Shown here: one piece after another, positions 16,967 through 20,000 of the stretch
Numbering within the stretch: the stretch's first letter is position 1
Layout of the letters: each line of letters starts with the position of its first letter
From: an uncultured virus (IMG/VR IMGVR_UViG_3300005617_000584)
Taxonomy: Duplodnaviria > Heunggongvirae > Uroviricota > Caudoviricetes
Length of the DNA: 20,000 bases
Strand: one strand, 5' to 3'
Virus record (IMG/VR): IMGVR_UViG_3300005617_000584
Notes under the pieces: model-generated
What the model was told of the DNA's origin: nothing
The model's input: the letters and a program-made list of their open reading frames with translations, nothing else
Databases searched by the model: none
Program-made: the position numbers and the translations under genes

Positions 16967-17177
16967 TGAGCAGCAACTCACCAACTGGTTTACCTACCAC
17001 CCGCCGCCCGATGCCAAGACGGTGGAGATCTACGAGGAACTGCGGTTGGCGGGGCTGCTCTTGGCCTCGTTGATCGTGGCGCGGACGCCGCCCAGCGCCG
17101 ATCAGACGGCCGCCGTGCGCAAGGTGCGGGAAGCCGTGATGACGGCCAATGCCGCGATCGCCTGTCAAGGGCTATGA
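16959..17177 (+). CDS. Acb2/Tad1-like helical-hairpin protein, putative immune-signal sponge
   Basis: GGAGG RBS; FTYHPP...YEELR...PPSADQTAAVRKVREAVMTANAAIA resembles the family pattern FTYH...SRExSLAxTKLEEAxMWANxAIA. Confidence 0.65.
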   Translation: MISEQQLTNWFTYHPPPDAKTVEIYEELRLAGLLLASLIVARTPPSADQTAAVRKVREAVMTANAAIACQGL

Positions 17178-17410
17178 GCGACGACCAGGACAAACCTACC
17201 CAGATCGTGACGAATCTGAACTGTGAGTCCTTCATGGGACCACGGGGGCATCCGATGCCCTGTTTTAAGTGTGATGTGGATATCCAGCTGGAGGAGCCGC
17301 ATCGGCACTTTATGCGAGTTCATGTCAATGGGTATCAGCCCTTTTCACTTCACCAGACGTGCCTCGACGAGTTGACGGCCATTGCGAGGCAACAAGATGA
17401 TCCACAATGA
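17174..17410 (+). CDS. Small Cys/His protein (CFKC...HQTC), possible Zn finger
   Basis: ATGA overlap; four candidate metal ligands. Confidence 0.55.
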   Translation: MSDDQDKPTQIVTNLNCESFMGPRGHPMPCFKCDVDIQLEEPHRHFMRVHVNGYQPFSLHQTCLDELTAIARQQDDPQ

Positions 17411-17672
17411 GATGCCGGTCAAGGTCGATGGGGTCCTCCAGCATGCGGGAGTCGTGATTCCCTCGGTGTGCCACAAATGTGGCTCGATCTGGGCCTTTAA
17501 CGGGCTGTATGCCAGTTGCATCGTCTGTGGCGCAGATTTCTACCTCACGCGCGGTACCGGACGGCGCATCCGCGATACCCCGATCGACGAGGACGATGAG
17601 CGTCGGGGGTATCGCCGGGGCGCTCGCGTTCAAAATGACGGTATTCCAGAGAGCGAGGCACTTGATCAGTGA
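17397..17672 (+). CDS. Zn-ribbon hypothetical protein (CHKC...CIVC)
   Basis: GAGG RBS 7 nt before ATG 17397; two CxxC pairs. Confidence 0.55.
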   Translation: MIHNEMPVKVDGVLQHAGVVIPSVCHKCGSIWAFNGLYASCIVCGADFYLTRGTGRRIRDTPIDEDDERRGYRRGARVQNDGIPESEALDQ

Positions 17673-18148
17673 TTCTCCCAGCAGCTGATCGATTCTGGAA
17701 ACACGTTGACAAAACGCCTGGACACGGCCCGTGGGGTGATTGTTGGGTGTGGACGGGTGGTAAGGGTAAGGGGTATGGATTGTTTCGCGCTATTGGACGA
17801 TCACTGATATCTGCCCATCGGTTTTCTTTCGAGCTGGCATTTTGGCCACTCCCAAAGGAATTGTTAGCGTGTCACAAATGCGACTATCCGTCTTGCGTTC
17901 GCCCTGATCATCTATTCCCTGGAACATCCCATGATAATTCCATGGATGCGTCTCGTAAGGGGCGACTGAGACCGAATATCGGTGAGCGCCAGTGGGCAGC
18001 AAAGCTCACAGCCGAGATTGTTGAAGATATCCGGCGACGATATAGTGCTGGTGGGGTATCTCAACGCGCACTTGCGGCGGAATTCGAGGTGTCGCATTTC
18101 TGTATAAACAGCGTAGTAAATCGAAAACTGTGGAGGCATGTACCGTGA
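17669..18148 (+). CDS. Free-standing HNH homing endonuclease with C-terminal HTH
   Basis: RFWKHV, CWVWTG, AHRFS, CHKCDYPSCVRPDHLFPGTSHDN, AKLT...SQRALAAEFEVS; visibly lower GC than flanks. Confidence 0.9.
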   Translation: MILPAADRFWKHVDKTPGHGPWGDCWVWTGGKGKGYGLFRAIGRSLISAHRFSFELAFWPLPKELLACHKCDYPSCVRPDHLFPGTSHDNSMDASRKGRLRPNIGERQWAAKLTAEIVEDIRRRYSAGGVSQRALAAEFEVSHFCINSVVNRKLWRHVP

Positions 18149-20000
18149 TCCTTCATACGCTAGCCCACTGCGGGAGTTATGCCTTCCAGCAGCCAATTGA
18201 GGTGAATTTCGATCAACTGCCTGAAGTGGTGGCGGTCGTAGGGGATAACGGCGCCGGGAAGACAACTTTTCTGGATCTATGTGTTGTTTGGTGTTTTGGA
18301 TTCATGCCCTTCCGCCCGGGGCCGCTGTACGACAATTTCGTGAGCAAGGGCTACGTGAAATCCCACTGGACCCATAATCGCCGCGAATACCTCTCCACGA
18401 TCCTGGTCGACCCAGACCTCAAAAAGACCGAAATGACCCTCCATGACTTCCTCACGGGGGAATGCTTGGCGGGGCCGCTCCAAACCGACTATTTGCGCAC
18501 CATCACCCAAATCACGGGCTTCGACGCCGAGCTGTGCTTGTGCACCGACTATGCAATCCAGACCTCGGCGGCGTCGACCGAGACCAGCCAATCCTTTCTG
18601 CGGGCGGATCGCGCGACCAAACGCACCATCCTGGCCGGATTGCTGGGCCTGGGGCGTTACAGCGTATGGGAGCAGGCCGCCAAAGAGCAGATCGCCCGCC
18701 TCGAGCTCACGTTGAAGGAGTTGCGCGGCCGCCTGGGATTTTTCCAGGAAGTCGCCGCCCGTGAGGCGCCTGCGGCGGCTGCCATTGACCGCTACGTGGA
18801 GGACATGGTGGTCAAGCGCCTCACCCTGAACACCCTCACGGCCGAGCTCAATGCCATCGCGGCCGAGCTCCTGACCCAGGAGGACCGCTACCAGGAGCGC
18901 CAACGCCTGGTGACGCGGGAAAACGACCTCCAGCGGGATATGCGGGAGTACCGGAATCGGTTGTGGCAAGGCCAGCAGGATAAGGCCAAGCAGGAGAACA
19001 TTCTGAAGCAAAAATCCCTGATTCGGGATGCCCAGGAGGAACTTCCTCACGTGGCCGCCCGCATTCAGGAGCTCGAGCAGCAACTTCTGGCCCTCGACGA
19101 GGAGCGGATGACGGCTTCCCAGCGCAACGCGGAGCGTCACGTAGCTCAGGAACGGGCCACCAGAGCCACGGAGAGCCTCAAGGTGAGCCTTCAGGTCGTC
19201 AAAGAGCTCTCCACCGTGCCTTGCAAAGGCGAGGGCCTGTACGCCCTCTGTCCGTATTTGCAGCGCGCGTATGAGGCCAAAAGCGGGATCGAGAAGCTGG
19301 AATACGAGCGCCAAATCGCCCAAGTCCTGCCTGAAGCGGTCGATACGGCGATGTTCTACACCCGGCTGAGCACCTTGAAAAAGGAGCTTGGGGTGGCCCG
19401 GGGGCGAATTGTGGAGTTGCAGGGCCTGATTGCCCTGAAATCGCACATCGAGGCCGCCCAGGAGCGTTTGTGGACGGTCAGCGGCGACCTCGAGGCTACA
19501 GAGAAAAAGATTCTTGATCTCGAGCGAGAACTTCTCGAAACCCGCGAGCTCCTCCTGAAAATGGTCGACCTCAATGGCGACGTCGAGGCCCGCCGATTCG
19601 AGCTTCAACCCCTCCTGGGGAAGGCTGCCAATGAGCTTTCCGACTGCGAGCGGGCGCTGGGCGAGGCGGAAGGCCACCTCAAGGACGCCCAGGCCGCCAA
19701 GGGGGTCGTGACGGAGTTTCAGCGCGACATTGGGGAAATCGAGGCCACCATCTCAGAGTGGCAGATCGTGGCGCGGGGGCTTTCGCCGACTGGGATCCCG
19801 GCGCTGCGGGTGGATCAGGCCCTTCCAGCGATTTCAGTGCTCGCCACGGACATTCTCGAGACCTCCTTTAAGGAGTCGCGCTACTCGGTGGAGCTGATTT
19901 CGCAAAAGCTCGACGCCAAGGGCAAAAAGGCCCTGGAGACCCTCGAAGTCGTGATTCGCCGTGATGGGGACGTGCTGCCTGCCAAGAAGCTGTGCGGCGG
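18145..20000 (+). CDS. sbcC: SbcC/Rad50-like SMC ATPase, 3' truncated by the window edge; absent from the ORF track because no stop is in view
   Basis: GGAGG RBS, GTG 18145 (MILHTLAHCGSYAF...); Walker A GDNGAGKT at 18241-18264; long coiled coil; central Cys pair; ABC signature-like LCGG at the window end. Confidence 0.9.
   Translation, partial: MILHTLAHCGSYAFQQPIEVNFDQLPEVVAVVGDNGAGKTTFLDLCVVWCFGFMPFRPGPLYDNFVSKGYVKSHWTHNRREYLSTILVDPDLKKTEMTLHDFLTGECLAGPLQTDYLRTITQITGFDAELCLCTDYAIQTSAASTETSQSFLRADRATKRTILAGLLGLGRYSVWEQAAKEQIARLELTLKELRGRLGFFQEVAAREAPAAAAIDRYVEDMVVKRLTLNTLTAELNAIAAELLTQEDRYQERQRLVTRENDLQRDMREYRNRLWQGQQDKAKQENILKQKSLIRDAQEELPHVAARIQELEQQLLALDEERMTASQRNAERHVAQERATRATESLKVSLQVVKELSTVPCKGEGLYALCPYLQRAYEAKSGIEKLEYERQIAQVLPEAVDTAMFYTRLSTLKKELGVARGRIVELQGLIALKSHIEAAQERLWTVSGDLEATEKKILDLERELLETRELLLKMVDLNGDVEARRFELQPLLGKAANELSDCERALGEAEGHLKDAQAAKGVVTEFQRDIGEIEATISEWQIVARGLSPTGIPALRVDQALPAISVLATDILETSFKESRYSVELISQKLDAKGKKALETLEVVIRRDGDVLPAKKLCG

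Noticed and set aside
18277..19677. 466-aa minus-strand ORF, the longest track call in this region
   Set aside because: Antisense to the open + frame carrying Walker A and coiled coil (SbcC).
1..20000. CRISPR array, diversity-generating retroelement, integrase/att site or IS element
   Set aside because: No regularly spaced repeats, reverse transcriptase, adenine-variant repeat pair, recombinase or transposase noticed by eye; a self dot-plot would be needed to exclude subtle repeats.

Overview
A ~60% GC segment of a tailed dsDNA phage (or prophage) genome; every credible gene is on the + strand and most are tightly coupled by overlapping start/stop codons. Order: tail/tail-tip and fibre genes (1-5119); a small lysis-like cluster of holin, lipoprotein and small coiled-coil protein with no visible endolysin (5100-6015); HExxH protein, metallophosphoesterase and Nmad1/DUF1599-like gene (6015-7650); SSB-like and hypothetical genes (7715-10229); an apparent accessory unit of sigma70-like promoter, tRNA-shaped RNA with a degenerate anticodon arm, small acidic protein and secreted M11-type metalloprotease with an 18-proline linker (10234-12169); then SbcD, dCMP deaminase, MazG-like pyrophosphatase, class II RNR, nucleoside deoxyribosyltransferase-like gene, a probable Acb2/Tad1-like anti-defence sponge, a free-standing HNH endonuclease and a 3'-truncated SbcC/Rad50 missing from the ORF track. 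The best leads are the tRNA-mimic/metalloprotease unit, the sponge candidate and a repeated GT(C/A)ACCCT leader motif. All family calls come from motif recognition by eye, without database searches.
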